Under the pieces are notes generated by a model. That model was not told the origin of the DNA. It did not search any database and saw only the letters and a program-made list of their open reading frames with translations. Below, one piece after another: positions 40,412 through 48,866 of a stretch of 64,000 nt of DNA; position 1 is the stretch's first letter, and each line of letters starts with the position of its first letter. The DNA lies in the IMG/VR virus record IMGVR_UViG_3300045988_158927, positions 25,629 to 89,628 of that record; one strand, given 5' to 3'. A program made the translations under genes and the position numbers. This DNA is from a virus.

Positions 40412-40908
40412 CGGAAAAATGCTTGTCGCTGATTACTGTCGGCGCATTCCGAAAGATCGCAAGGTCGGGAAACATTGAAAGGATCGAGGAGCTTTCCCGC
40501 CAATTGACCGGGTTCATCCACACTTACCCCATCCATATCACGCCGCGACAAATCATCTGGATGGATGAGAAAATGAAGGTATGGCCCAGCAACAAGCGGT
40601 TATCTATCGATGACGTGATTCAGTTCATCGAAGGGGCGCGGCTCTATACGCCTAAGAATGTCTTTTACCGTTCCGGGTGTGAGGAATCCTATGCAATCCG
40701 GATGATGTCGAATCTCTACGATGCGGCGAGAGACTACGTGTACTAGAAATGCAAGGATACTGAATTGACAACCTATGCGCTGGACTATCTGTACGGATGG
40801 GAATGGTCCGGGCAGATTGACCGGACGCCTATGGCCATGGCAAAGGATGCTATCGGCTATGCAAAGTGGGTCAGAAAGCAAATGAAAGAAAGAGGGTTCT
40901 GCCGATGA
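40408..40908 (+). pseudogene. array-B paralog interrupted by an in-frame TAG (40744-40746)
   Basis: Track ORF 40408-40746 ends ...NLYDAARDYVY-TAG. The same frame continues KCKDTELTTYALDYLYGWEWSGQIDRTPMAMAKDAIGYAKWVRKQM to TGA 40906-40908. This continuation aligns with the C-terminal motif of 39881-40411. Confidence 0.5.
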
Positions 40909-41369
40909 AGTGCAAGTATTACGCCATTTCTGGCAAGGAAATTCTGAAGAAAATCGAGTATTGGCATGGCGTGGCGTACCTTAGCGGGTATTCTGGGGGA
41001 ACGATATCCCCATGGAAGCATGCCGAATATTTGCGCAAGAATCTCGCAGACTTCGCGCCAACCAAGAAATTTTCCCCGCGCTATGTCCATCTTCTCGCCG
41101 GCGACTTCATGCTGCTGGAAAGGCTGAAACGTTGCGAATCGATCCGCAACGGCCGCGACAAGATGCACGTCAAAACCGTAGATTCGATGCGCTGGCTCTA
41201 TGAATCGTTCGTGAACGAGGAATACGCACGCAGCCCGTACCATCGCGAGGCGCTGGAATACGTGCGCGGAATGGCTGATGCCGGCATCGTCATGGACCCG
41301 TTCCTCGTGATGGAGAAGGTGGGCGGCTATCTGGCAGAGATTAAGACTTTCAAGCAAGGGCCGAAATGA
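40905..41369 (+). CDS. array-B protein
   Basis: Track ORF 40866-41369 trimmed to ATG 40905. AYLSGYSGGTISPWKHAEYLRK ... ALEYVRGMADAGIVMDP. Confidence 0.6.
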   Translation: MKCKYYAISGKEILKKIEYWHGVAYLSGYSGGTISPWKHAEYLRKNLADFAPTKKFSPRYVHLLAGDFMLLERLKRCESIRNGRDKMHVKTVDSMRWLYESFVNEEYARSPYHREALEYVRGMADAGIVMDPFLVMEKVGGYLAEIKTFKQGPK

Positions 41370-41818
41370 TCATCTTCCACACCCCAGTCAAAAGCATGCC
41401 GATTCCCGGGGTATCGCTGAGAATGCTAGACCTTTCGTTCCTGTCTGGATATCTCGGTTTCGACGTGACAGACAAGCAGGAAAAGGCTTTGGCCAAGGGG
41501 CTTGGCTATCGTCGATGGGTTGATGCGCTCGATCTTGCTAACGCTCTTGGCGAGGGTATCAGCTACATCGACGAAACGAACATCAAGCCATTTAGCGTCG
41601 ATGAACGGTACAAAAAGCAAGAGCTGATCCTATCGGCGCTCTATGAGATTGTGGATAAAACCAAGCAGGATCACACAGTATCGGTGGTTCAGGAAATGCT
41701 TGCCGAAAGATGGATCGAAGGCGCGGTAATGGGGGCGTCTCTGATCGTGGACTTCACGCCAGAGGAACTGGCAAATGAGGCCGTCAAGCATGCACGTCGC
41801 AGGCGCCCCGAGAAGTAG
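41366..41818 (+). CDS. array-B protein
   Basis: SFLSGYLGFDVTDKQEKALAK ... RWIEGAVMGASLIVDFTPEELANEAV. Confidence 0.6.
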   Translation: MIIFHTPVKSMPIPGVSLRMLDLSFLSGYLGFDVTDKQEKALAKGLGYRRWVDALDLANALGEGISYIDETNIKPFSVDERYKKQELILSALYEIVDKTKQDHTVSVVQEMLAERWIEGAVMGASLIVDFTPEELANEAVKHARRRRPEK

Positions 41819-41834
41819 CGCGCAAGCAACACGC

Positions 41835-41863
41835 TTGACACGCAGTGAGGACGGACCTATACT
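41835..41863 (+). promoter_or_regulatory. sigma70-like promoter (GCTTGACACGC ... TATACT)
   Basis: -35 TTGACA at 41835-41840, a 17-nt spacer, and -10 TATACT at 41858-41863. Confidence 0.65.
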
Positions 41864-41872
41864 GTCCTCACT
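41844..41872 (+). promoter_or_regulatory. 9-bp inverted repeat embracing the -10 element (operator candidate)
   Basis: AGTGAGGAC (41844-41852) and GTCCTCACT (41864-41872). The 11-nt spacer contains TATACT. Confidence 0.5.
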
Positions 41873-41890
41873 TTCCAACGAGGCATCACT

Positions 41891-42331
41891 ATGCGTCCCA
41901 CTGTCCAAAAACCCTTGTATACGAACGCTTCCCTTCTCTACGTGATGAGCCGTGCCGAACTGGCCGGCTACGCCACGCAATCCATGACGCCGGCTCAATA
42001 TGATGCGGCACGCCAAAAACTCGCGTCCATGCCCGCCATGCAAATGGTTTCGCCCGACGCAGCGTGTGCGCTTGTTCTTGGCGGCAATCCGTTCGCTGGA
42101 TGGTTCGCTGCCGACGACCGTGAAGACGCGGTTGTGATGCGTCGGCGCGATCTCTACAAAGAGATCATCATGACTGAATCGAAGTGGCTGCGAGAGCGTG
42201 CAGATAGCGTCTATCTGGAAACGTTCGATGACGTGACGAACGGATACGTTCAAGGCTATATGCCGACATTGGACCCGCTGCGAGCGGTGGCGCTGATTGA
42301 CCAAATCACACGCGACATTCTTTCCAACTAA
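41891..42331 (+). CDS. array-B protein (divergent member)
   Basis: AELAGYATQSMTPAQYDAARQKL ... NGYVQGYMPTLDPLRAVALIDQI. Confidence 0.6.
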   Translation: MRPTVQKPLYTNASLLYVMSRAELAGYATQSMTPAQYDAARQKLASMPAMQMVSPDAACALVLGGNPFAGWFAADDREDAVVMRRRDLYKEIIMTESKWLRERADSVYLETFDDVTNGYVQGYMPTLDPLRAVALIDQITRDILSN

Positions 42332-42342
42332 TGAGGTGAAAC

Positions 42343-43065
42343 GTGGGTTTTGATACTGAAATTATCAAATCGATCAAGTTTGATGATCCTTCAATGGAAC
42401 TTGATTATGACGATTACGATATCTTGCTGCGGCAACTGGAAGAACTCTTCTCGACCGGAAAAGGCGAGTACCCCATTCCGGGCGTGAAAATCAAATGGAA
42501 GAAGTACGCAATTCCTGTGCCTGTCATGCTTGGCATGGTTAATGTTGAGCTTGCGAGAGAGTTTAGCGTTGTCGTGCTAGGCAAGGATTCCTATCTGCAA
42601 GATGGTCGGAAACTCGCAGATTCTAATGATCACAAAAGTAAGGTATATCGGAAGATCACGGATAACTACGGGTTGTTCATCAATGTTGCTGCCACTGAAC
42701 ATTGCGTCTTTGACGGCATCAATCAAATCCTGCTGATGGACCCGGCTGGCACTAACACTGCCTCGATTCCTAAAGAGCTGATCCATTTCCCACAAAATGA
42801 CCCGGTGTACATTGCCCGCGAGCTGGAATCACTGTCGTTTGGCAAGCATCTTGTGGCGTGCATTCCGGACCTGAACGATTTGCAGGTCAGCTACCTGTCT
42901 TCGGCATTCGAGGCGACGCATTCGGTGGGGCGCGTCATTCACAAGAAGATGGACATTAATCTGACCGTTTTCATATCGCAAAAACTGGAATGGAATACAG
43001 AAGTGGCTGTCTTTCGCTCCATCCAAAGCATTGTCGGTGTTCCTGCTACGAGAGGTCCGAATTGA
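42343..43065 (+). CDS. hypothetical protein
   Basis: Track ORF with a GTG start. The region is AT-richer than its surroundings. Confidence 0.55.
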   Translation: MGFDTEIIKSIKFDDPSMELDYDDYDILLRQLEELFSTGKGEYPIPGVKIKWKKYAIPVPVMLGMVNVELAREFSVVVLGKDSYLQDGRKLADSNDHKSKVYRKITDNYGLFINVAATEHCVFDGINQILLMDPAGTNTASIPKELIHFPQNDPVYIARELESLSFGKHLVACIPDLNDLQVSYLSSAFEATHSVGRVIHKKMDINLTVFISQKLEWNTEVAVFRSIQSIVGVPATRGPN

Positions 43066-43094
43066 ACTATCGGTTCAAGAAATGGCAAAAGAAG

Positions 43095-43373
43095 ATGATT
43101 TGCAGTCTCTACGGAGATCGAATCATCTTCGATCAGAACGACGAGATGCGCGATATCAAGGGCCGGTCCATCGAGTACCCGGACGCCTGCGAGCAATTCG
43201 GCATCTTTGAGGTTCGGACGACAGAACAAATGGGCGACCTTAAGCTAGTCGATAAGGTCATTTTCAAGTGCATGGACTATTGCGACGCTATGTCGTTCGC
43301 AAAAGCAGCGAGAGGCAAGCGAGAACTTGCCGTGATGAATCACTATTCTGGCGAGATCGTGGAGTACGTATGA
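43095..43373 (+). CDS. hypothetical protein
   Basis: Track ORF 42990-43373 trimmed to ATG 43095. A TTG at 43062 overlapping the upstream stop is an alternative start. Confidence 0.45.
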   Translation: MICSLYGDRIIFDQNDEMRDIKGRSIEYPDACEQFGIFEVRTTEQMGDLKLVDKVIFKCMDYCDAMSFAKAARGKRELAVMNHYSGEIVEYV

Positions 43374-44137
43374 ACCTGACCGAACTGAAACTGAATCGCA
43401 ACGAGTTTGACGTTTACGTGCGGGCCGACATTGTTCAGGCCATCGCAGACGGCAAGTATATTGCTGACCCGTCAAACGAGCATAAGGAATGGATCGATAG
43501 CATGAAGGGACTGCCGTTCATTCATGTCATGGAATCGATGGCCGATCTTGTCGAGGATCATATGCGCGAAACCTACGGTACGCCGCCTTTCATGGCATCG
43601 GTGGACTATAACGAGGACTTAGCGGCGATTTTTGACGATTACGAGAAGGCAATCCGTGCGCTGAAACGCTTCGATATGCCGATCGTGTACAAAGGGCATA
43701 TACCGAAAGATGCAAAGAGCGATAGTCTTTGCATCGGTGTCGTTAATGGCTTGCCACGTTGGTTCCTGTATCATGGCAAAATCCATTCCAAGAAGCTTGC
43801 TATTGCCTGCCAATACGTATGGCCTGATGCTTCTGATAAAAGCTTTTTGGATTTCCTTATCGTCACTGAAGGTGGCAACTGGCGTGATTTGAACGATATC
43901 GTCAATGGCGGCATGCTTGGCGTTGTTCTCAAAAACACCAAGAAAAACCTAACTGCCGCTGCAATGGCCGGACTGCGATATGAGACCGTCAAGTCTGCTA
44001 GAGATGGGGCCAGTTATATCATCGTCACGGCCGTTCCTCGGCATCACGACTATGACATGATCCTTGACCGTGCAATGAGCATTGTTGGCGGTCTGTATAT
44101 CCCTTGTGAATCCAACGAAGATGAGGACGAAGAATGA
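43370..44137 (+). CDS. hypothetical protein
   Basis: Track ORF 43268-44137 trimmed to ATG 43370, with an ATGA overlap. Confidence 0.6.
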   Translation: MNLTELKLNRNEFDVYVRADIVQAIADGKYIADPSNEHKEWIDSMKGLPFIHVMESMADLVEDHMRETYGTPPFMASVDYNEDLAAIFDDYEKAIRALKRFDMPIVYKGHIPKDAKSDSLCIGVVNGLPRWFLYHGKIHSKKLAIACQYVWPDASDKSFLDFLIVTEGGNWRDLNDIVNGGMLGVVLKNTKKNLTAAAMAGLRYETVKSARDGASYIIVTAVPRHHDYDMILDRAMSIVGGLYIPCESNEDEDEE

Positions 44138-44634
44138 AATTCATCCACCTGAAAGACCTGATTGACACCGAAAACGACAATTTCTTTTTGGTCGAGCACA
44201 CTATCGACAAACTCGACGGGTACATTCCGTACACCATCGGTACGGACCTCATGAAACAAATGATCCTTTACCGTCGTCTCGACTATCGAATGAACCCGGC
44301 GGAACTGACCATGTGCATCATGGCCGCAAAGGATGCCGGGATGAGGCGTTTTGATTGGGACAGCATCATGCAGAACTATGACGGATATCAGGCATTCCGC
44401 AACTATTCATCCGTCAGTTACGCGATTGACGGTATCCGTCGGCAGGAATGCGTTGTGGCCGTTTACCGTGGCGAAATGCGCGATTGGCAGCTAGAGGAAG
44501 TCCGCAAGAAAGAAGGAGAAATTCGGATGCTCTGTTTGCAGAATCAATACGATGAATTCATTACCCTTTTTGGGTATCAGCCGCTTTTCCTAGAGGCAAT
44601 TCAGAAATTCGACCACGATCAATCTTTCCTGTGA
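44134..44634 (+). CDS. hypothetical protein
   Basis: Track ORF with an ATGA overlap. Confidence 0.6.
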   Translation: MKFIHLKDLIDTENDNFFLVEHTIDKLDGYIPYTIGTDLMKQMILYRRLDYRMNPAELTMCIMAAKDAGMRRFDWDSIMQNYDGYQAFRNYSSVSYAIDGIRRQECVVAVYRGEMRDWQLEEVRKKEGEIRMLCLQNQYDEFITLFGYQPLFLEAIQKFDHDQSFL

Positions 44635-44641
44635 GGCAATC

Positions 44642-45451
44642 ATGATCAAATTCGACGGATACACTGCAAACGGCATCAAGAGCGTTAGCATCGATGATGG
44701 ACTGATCTTGCGTGCCATCCTTGGGGTTGCGAAACAAGAGGAATCGCCTTATATCGGTCAATACGCGCTTGATGAACTGAAGGGGGGCTCTGTATCCAGC
44801 GCCGTCGAAACTCTGGCGCAATGGTATGCAGAGGAGGTGATGGATTGTGATGCCCCGTATGTCGCCAAAAAGGACGGCCAGACGATCTTTGAGGCCGAGG
44901 CCGATAAGGACTATATCCCGCACGTCATGACCTTTGATGAGCTGAACCATTTCAAGCCGCATCATGACCGCATATTAGTTTTTACCCAAAAGAGTAATGA
45001 TGAAGATATGCGGGGGACAATGGAGTATGGTTATCAGCGTATCTACTATGACGATGAGTATGCAGATTCCGTCTATGCGTACATTCGATATCCATACTTT
45101 GGGCGCGCTCTCGCAGAGTGCATGGAGAGCGCCTACTGTCGGAGCAGAATAAAACGGCTTGAGCTTCCGGAATCTCACCCGGTCGAATTGAGCGATTGGC
45201 AGGTGTTTGAAGAGCTGAAGACTGGCAACCGCATCGCCGCGATGGTCAAGCCTGGGGACGTGAACTCCGCGTTCCTGAACGTGACGGAACTGCCTTATAT
45301 GCGCGGCAAGCATCCCGAACATGGGCATGTTCTGATCGTCGGGGCGGCGCGTTCTGGATCAATGGCTGCAATCGTGACGTATGCGCGGGCTTGCGGTGTT
45401 GAGCTTGAAAAGCCCAAAGAGCCGGAAGTTTTTGATGAGATTCCTTTCTGA
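44642..45451 (+). CDS. hypothetical protein
   Basis: Track ORF. Confidence 0.6.
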   Translation: MIKFDGYTANGIKSVSIDDGLILRAILGVAKQEESPYIGQYALDELKGGSVSSAVETLAQWYAEEVMDCDAPYVAKKDGQTIFEAEADKDYIPHVMTFDELNHFKPHHDRILVFTQKSNDEDMRGTMEYGYQRIYYDDEYADSVYAYIRYPYFGRALAECMESAYCRSRIKRLELPESHPVELSDWQVFEELKTGNRIAAMVKPGDVNSAFLNVTELPYMRGKHPEHGHVLIVGAARSGSMAAIVTYARACGVELEKPKEPEVFDEIPF

Positions 45452-45465
45452 AAGGTGGGTGAAAA

Positions 45466-45903
45466 ATGCTACTGCGAGAATTGCCCAATTGGGTTGCAAA
45501 GAACAAGGACCGGATCAATGAAACGGCCATCGACGGATGGAAAGTGTGCAACGATACGAAATGGATGCAAGCTACTCACGTTCTGGAGAACGTCAAAAAA
45601 CTGTCAGAAGAACTACGGCATGAAGTAACGGCTATCAACATTCCTTTCTTCGATATGTCGGAACTTGAGTTTAGTGAATGGAATGCCATTTATGAACTCG
45701 GTGCTGCAATGAGATTGCGTGACGATGACACAGGGCAATTTTTTCATGCACTGATGTATCTTGATGATGCTTCCCCGGCGCTGCAATTGCTGAAAGAATT
45801 AGAGATGTGGGAGATTGACAAAGCTTTTGCCCATGCGACGGATTACATCAAGCAATCGAAAGCAGAAGTCTATGAATTGAAAAGAATCGTAGACCTCGTT
45901 TAA
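45466..45903 (+). CDS. hypothetical protein
   Basis: Track ORF, followed by a terminator. Confidence 0.6.
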   Translation: MLLRELPNWVAKNKDRINETAIDGWKVCNDTKWMQATHVLENVKKLSEELRHEVTAINIPFFDMSELEFSEWNAIYELGAAMRLRDDDTGQFFHALMYLDDASPALQLLKELEMWEIDKAFAHATDYIKQSKAEVYELKRIVDLV

Positions 45904-45914
45904 GGTTTACAATC

Positions 45915-45943
45915 AAGGCCCACTAACGGGCCTTTTCTTTTTC
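45915..45943 (+). terminator. rho-independent terminator
   Basis: AAGGCCC (45915-45921) pairs with GGGCCTT (45928-45934), followed by TTCTTTTTC. Confidence 0.65.
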
Positions 45944-45944
45944 T

Positions 45945-46568
45945 ATGAGACCATTTCACACCCCGCGCCATCATGTCGATATGCACGAATTGACGCTAGG
46001 CGCTTGCATCAAGATTGCCCAAATCCAAGAGTACGAGCGCGGAATCTCTGAATTCCTGCGCGCATGCGGATGCGGGGAAACCCATGATTGGAGCGTGCAG
46101 GAACGCTATCTAGCCGTCGCCCACTACATTGCCTGTAACGGCGATGAGCCCGATTTTATGGTAGGGGCAAGCGCACGCTTTTCGGACTACCTGAACGATG
46201 GGGGCATGGAGCCGTCCGGACGCTATATCTCGGGCGCCACCGCCGAACTGGCCGAGCGCATGCGCACAGAATTCGACGATCTTCCCGGGACAACCTATTA
46301 CATGCTGGCCTACATGACCGAGGCGACCGACGATAAAGCCATGGTCGAGGGTATCCGGAAATACCTTGAGATGCCGGGTTCTGAATTCGAGGCCGCGTAC
46401 CGTGAATTCTTCGCCAGTCTGTCGCCGCATATCTTCACCTTGCGCGTGAGCGATGAAGGGCTTTGCATCGCCGCCAAAGAGAAGGAAGGACGGGGGGATG
46501 AGGTGCCCCCCGTCGCCCGATTTCCTGCCGCTGTCGCAATCCCGGGAATCATTGAAATCATTACGTGA
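45945..46568 (+). CDS. hypothetical protein
   Basis: Track ORF. Its 3' end overlaps a second open frame (46453-46782). Confidence 0.55.
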   Translation: MRPFHTPRHHVDMHELTLGACIKIAQIQEYERGISEFLRACGCGETHDWSVQERYLAVAHYIACNGDEPDFMVGASARFSDYLNDGGMEPSGRYISGATAELAERMRTEFDDLPGTTYYMLAYMTEATDDKAMVEGIRKYLEMPGSEFEAAYREFFASLSPHIFTLRVSDEGLCIAAKEKEGRGDEVPPVARFPAAVAIPGIIEIIT

Positions 46569-46782
46569 CACTATCCACGCGCTCACGCTCTATGCCGGAT
46601 GTTCTCTTCTGGAAGCCAAGGAAGTAACCGCCAGCGAGGCCGGGGATTTCTTCAACGGAACATCATTCGAGCAATGGAAGAAGGGGCGTGATGCTGATTT
46701 GAAAATCCAAACCGGCATCGCGTCACGATTGAATGAGGTTATCCGAGGCATCGGATTACTTCAGAAGGTCATGGGCCGATAG
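46552..46782 (+). CDS. small ORF (TTG start) or frameshift extension of 45945-46568
   Basis: The frame is open from 46453 and has no ATG. TTG 46552 is preceded by GGGAA. The ORF ends at TAG 46780-46782, just before a terminator. Confidence 0.3.
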   Translation: MKSLRDTIHALTLYAGCSLLEAKEVTASEAGDFFNGTSFEQWKKGRDADLKIQTGIASRLNEVIRGIGLLQKVMGR

Positions 46783-46789
46783 AATGATC

Positions 46790-46815
46790 AGGGGGCGACG
46801 GCCCCCTTTCTTTTC
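46790..46815 (+). terminator. rho-independent terminator
   Basis: AGGGGGC (46790-46796), loop GACG, GCCCCCT (46801-46807), followed by TTCTTTTC. Confidence 0.7.
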
Positions 46816-46828
46816 TGAAGGATGGATC

Positions 46829-47623
46829 ATGATCACTACGCCAAAAATCCGCTACAACCTGCGCGACAGGGGGCGGAAATTCAACGGGCAGGACCGTAAC
46901 TACAACGTTGCGAAACTGGTAGCTAACATCAATTCGCCGGCTACCCAAGAGACCGTCAACACTGGCGGAATGCTGGGGTATCTCGGGCATATGCCGCGTG
47001 TCCGGTACGGGCTTGAGGTCGGAGAAGCAGCAGTCGAGGGAAAGAACTATGTGCCCATCGAACCGGCTTTCGTCACGGAGTACCTGCACGCCGACAGTAA
47101 CGGAGACGTTACGCATGTGGCCCGGTTCCTCGACACGAATAGCGGCAATCTGGCCCAGAAACTCTGGGAAGAGAAGGTCGGCGGCTTTTCCTCGGCCATC
47201 GATTCCGCACGCTGGGCGCTGAAAGGCTTCGACTACGTGCATAGCCCGAACTTCCTGCAAAACTCGTTCCGGGGCGTGACGCTGGATAGCATCGAGGATG
47301 GCGGGGATATGCCGCTGACACTGGATGAGGCCGTGGAAGCCGAGCGCATGGAAATGGATGGCGCCATCCGTGAGGTTCTCGCGCAATTGACCGCTCAACG
47401 TGACGCGCTGGCCGCCGCTTTGGATGCTACCAAGGTCGAGAATCTGGAGCTGATTGGACTTCTGGCGAAGAAGGGCATTGAAAAGCCGGTGCTGGATCAA
47501 GCTTTCAAGCGTCCGGCCTTCGGGAACAAGCCGAATTTCAAGACGATGCGCCTTGATCCGCCCATGCGTGACGTGCGGGAAGAGCACTACGATTCAATCT
47601 GCCGTCTGATGGGGGTACGCTGA
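46829..47623 (+). CDS. prohead protease / scaffold-like protein (tentative)
   Basis: Track ORF 46733-47623 trimmed to ATG 46829 with RBS GAAGGA. GGMLGYLGHMP ... GGFSSAIDS resembles HK97-type prohead protease blocks. The C-terminus is coiled-coil-like (LAQLTAQRDALAAALDATKVENLEL). Confidence 0.45.
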   Translation: MITTPKIRYNLRDRGRKFNGQDRNYNVAKLVANINSPATQETVNTGGMLGYLGHMPRVRYGLEVGEAAVEGKNYVPIEPAFVTEYLHADSNGDVTHVARFLDTNSGNLAQKLWEEKVGGFSSAIDSARWALKGFDYVHSPNFLQNSFRGVTLDSIEDGGDMPLTLDEAVEAERMEMDGAIREVLAQLTAQRDALAAALDATKVENLELIGLLAKKGIEKPVLDQAFKRPAFGNKPNFKTMRLDPPMRDVREEHYDSICRLMGVR

Positions 47624-48378
47624 TGTTCGAGCCGGTCAAACACGCCTTTGGCCGGTTCATGGGAGACTTCTATGCTTCCCTTGTTCCGACCACGAAACCC
47701 ATGCAGGAATTTTGCGCCCGAGGGCTTGAGAAGAGCATCGGCATCGCCCCCGGGAAGATGGTTGATGCCGCCGAGAGCATGGTTAACTCTTGGATAAAGA
47801 ACGTTCAGGAATCCGAGAACGGGTCTACTCGCGGGCCGTCCAAAAACCATCAATTCCCGGCAATCATCGTAGCGTTCGCAAAGGATTCGCCAGCCTATGA
47901 GCGCGAGTACGGGCGCCCGCTATCTGACGCCGAGTTTGTGCAAATCCCCGATGATCCGCTCAAGCGCATCTTCAAGCTTCGCACGATTGGCATGGATATG
48001 CGCGTGCAGATTGTCATCATTTCTCACGATGAGCCGTCAGCGCGTAGCATCGCAGCGCAATTCCAAGCGTTCGTAGATCAGGGAGACAGGCGGCGCTTTA
48101 AGGCGGTCTATGAGTTTGCTCAAACGGAAACGCTCTGGCCGTGCCAGATTGAAAACACGTCCGTTCCGTTCCTGAACATCCCGAGCGAGGCCGATAACCT
48201 TACGCTATTGGCGAGCGACCTTACATTGCATTGCACGGTACCGCTCTTTGAAGCCTCGCCGGTTGGGAAGGGTGTTACCCCCTACGGATTCCCGACCGTG
48301 CGCGAGGTCCGTTATGATGGCTTCCACGAGCGCGAGCACGTCCGTCATGCAATCGTTGGGGAGAAACTGGTTCCGTGA
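47623..48378 (+). CDS. hypothetical virion-module protein
   Basis: Track ORF with a TGATG overlap. Confidence 0.6.
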   Translation: MFEPVKHAFGRFMGDFYASLVPTTKPMQEFCARGLEKSIGIAPGKMVDAAESMVNSWIKNVQESENGSTRGPSKNHQFPAIIVAFAKDSPAYEREYGRPLSDAEFVQIPDDPLKRIFKLRTIGMDMRVQIVIISHDEPSARSIAAQFQAFVDQGDRRRFKAVYEFAQTETLWPCQIENTSVPFLNIPSEADNLTLLASDLTLHCTVPLFEASPVGKGVTPYGFPTVREVRYDGFHEREHVRHAIVGEKLVP

Positions 48379-48866
48379 AACAGATACAAGCAACCATCGT
48401 AGGATTCGCGGGAAAGCCCGCCACTCTCTTTTCAGCCTACGATAACAAGAGCGGTGTATTGGTGATTGCTGTCGATTCCGAATACCGCCGAGAACGACGG
48501 GATGGGGCAATGGTTGTCAGCAATGACGTTACCGTTGACCGTGACGCCAAATTCGGGGAAGAGAACATCCTGAACGCCATCAAGGCATACTACCTGCTGA
48601 AGACCGGGGTTGCAATCGACGGCAAGAGTAGCCGCCTGATCGTGCAGGAACGGGCCATGCGCGCCAACCCGGAAAGCGGTATCGAGCGTGACGGTGTGGA
48701 CGCAAACGGGGCACGATACCGCGTGTCTGACGCCATCACTAACCTGCAAATGGCGGCACTTGCGACCTGCCTGCAAGCCATCAACAGCGATCAGGTGGAT
48801 ATCACCCTGTCGTTGCTCGATCAGGTGCAGGAAATGAAAAATCAACCGATGATCATCACGATATGA
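48375..48866 (+). CDS. hypothetical virion-module protein
   Basis: Track ORF with a GTGA overlap. Confidence 0.55.
   Translation: MKQIQATIVGFAGKPATLFSAYDNKSGVLVIAVDSEYRRERRDGAMVVSNDVTVDRDAKFGEENILNAIKAYYLLKTGVAIDGKSSRLIVQERAMRANPESGIERDGVDANGARYRVSDAITNLQMAALATCLQAINSDQVDITLSLLDQVQEMKNQPMIITI

Noticed and set aside
15548-40746. Genome-wide stop-codon reassignment as the explanation for the in-frame TAA (15548) and TAG (40744).
   Set aside because: TAA and TAG terminate many well-defined genes in this window at positions followed by terminators or new RBS/start sites (for example 9660, 12188, 37194, 41816 and 54619). The events are therefore local, either pseudogenes or site-specific read-through.
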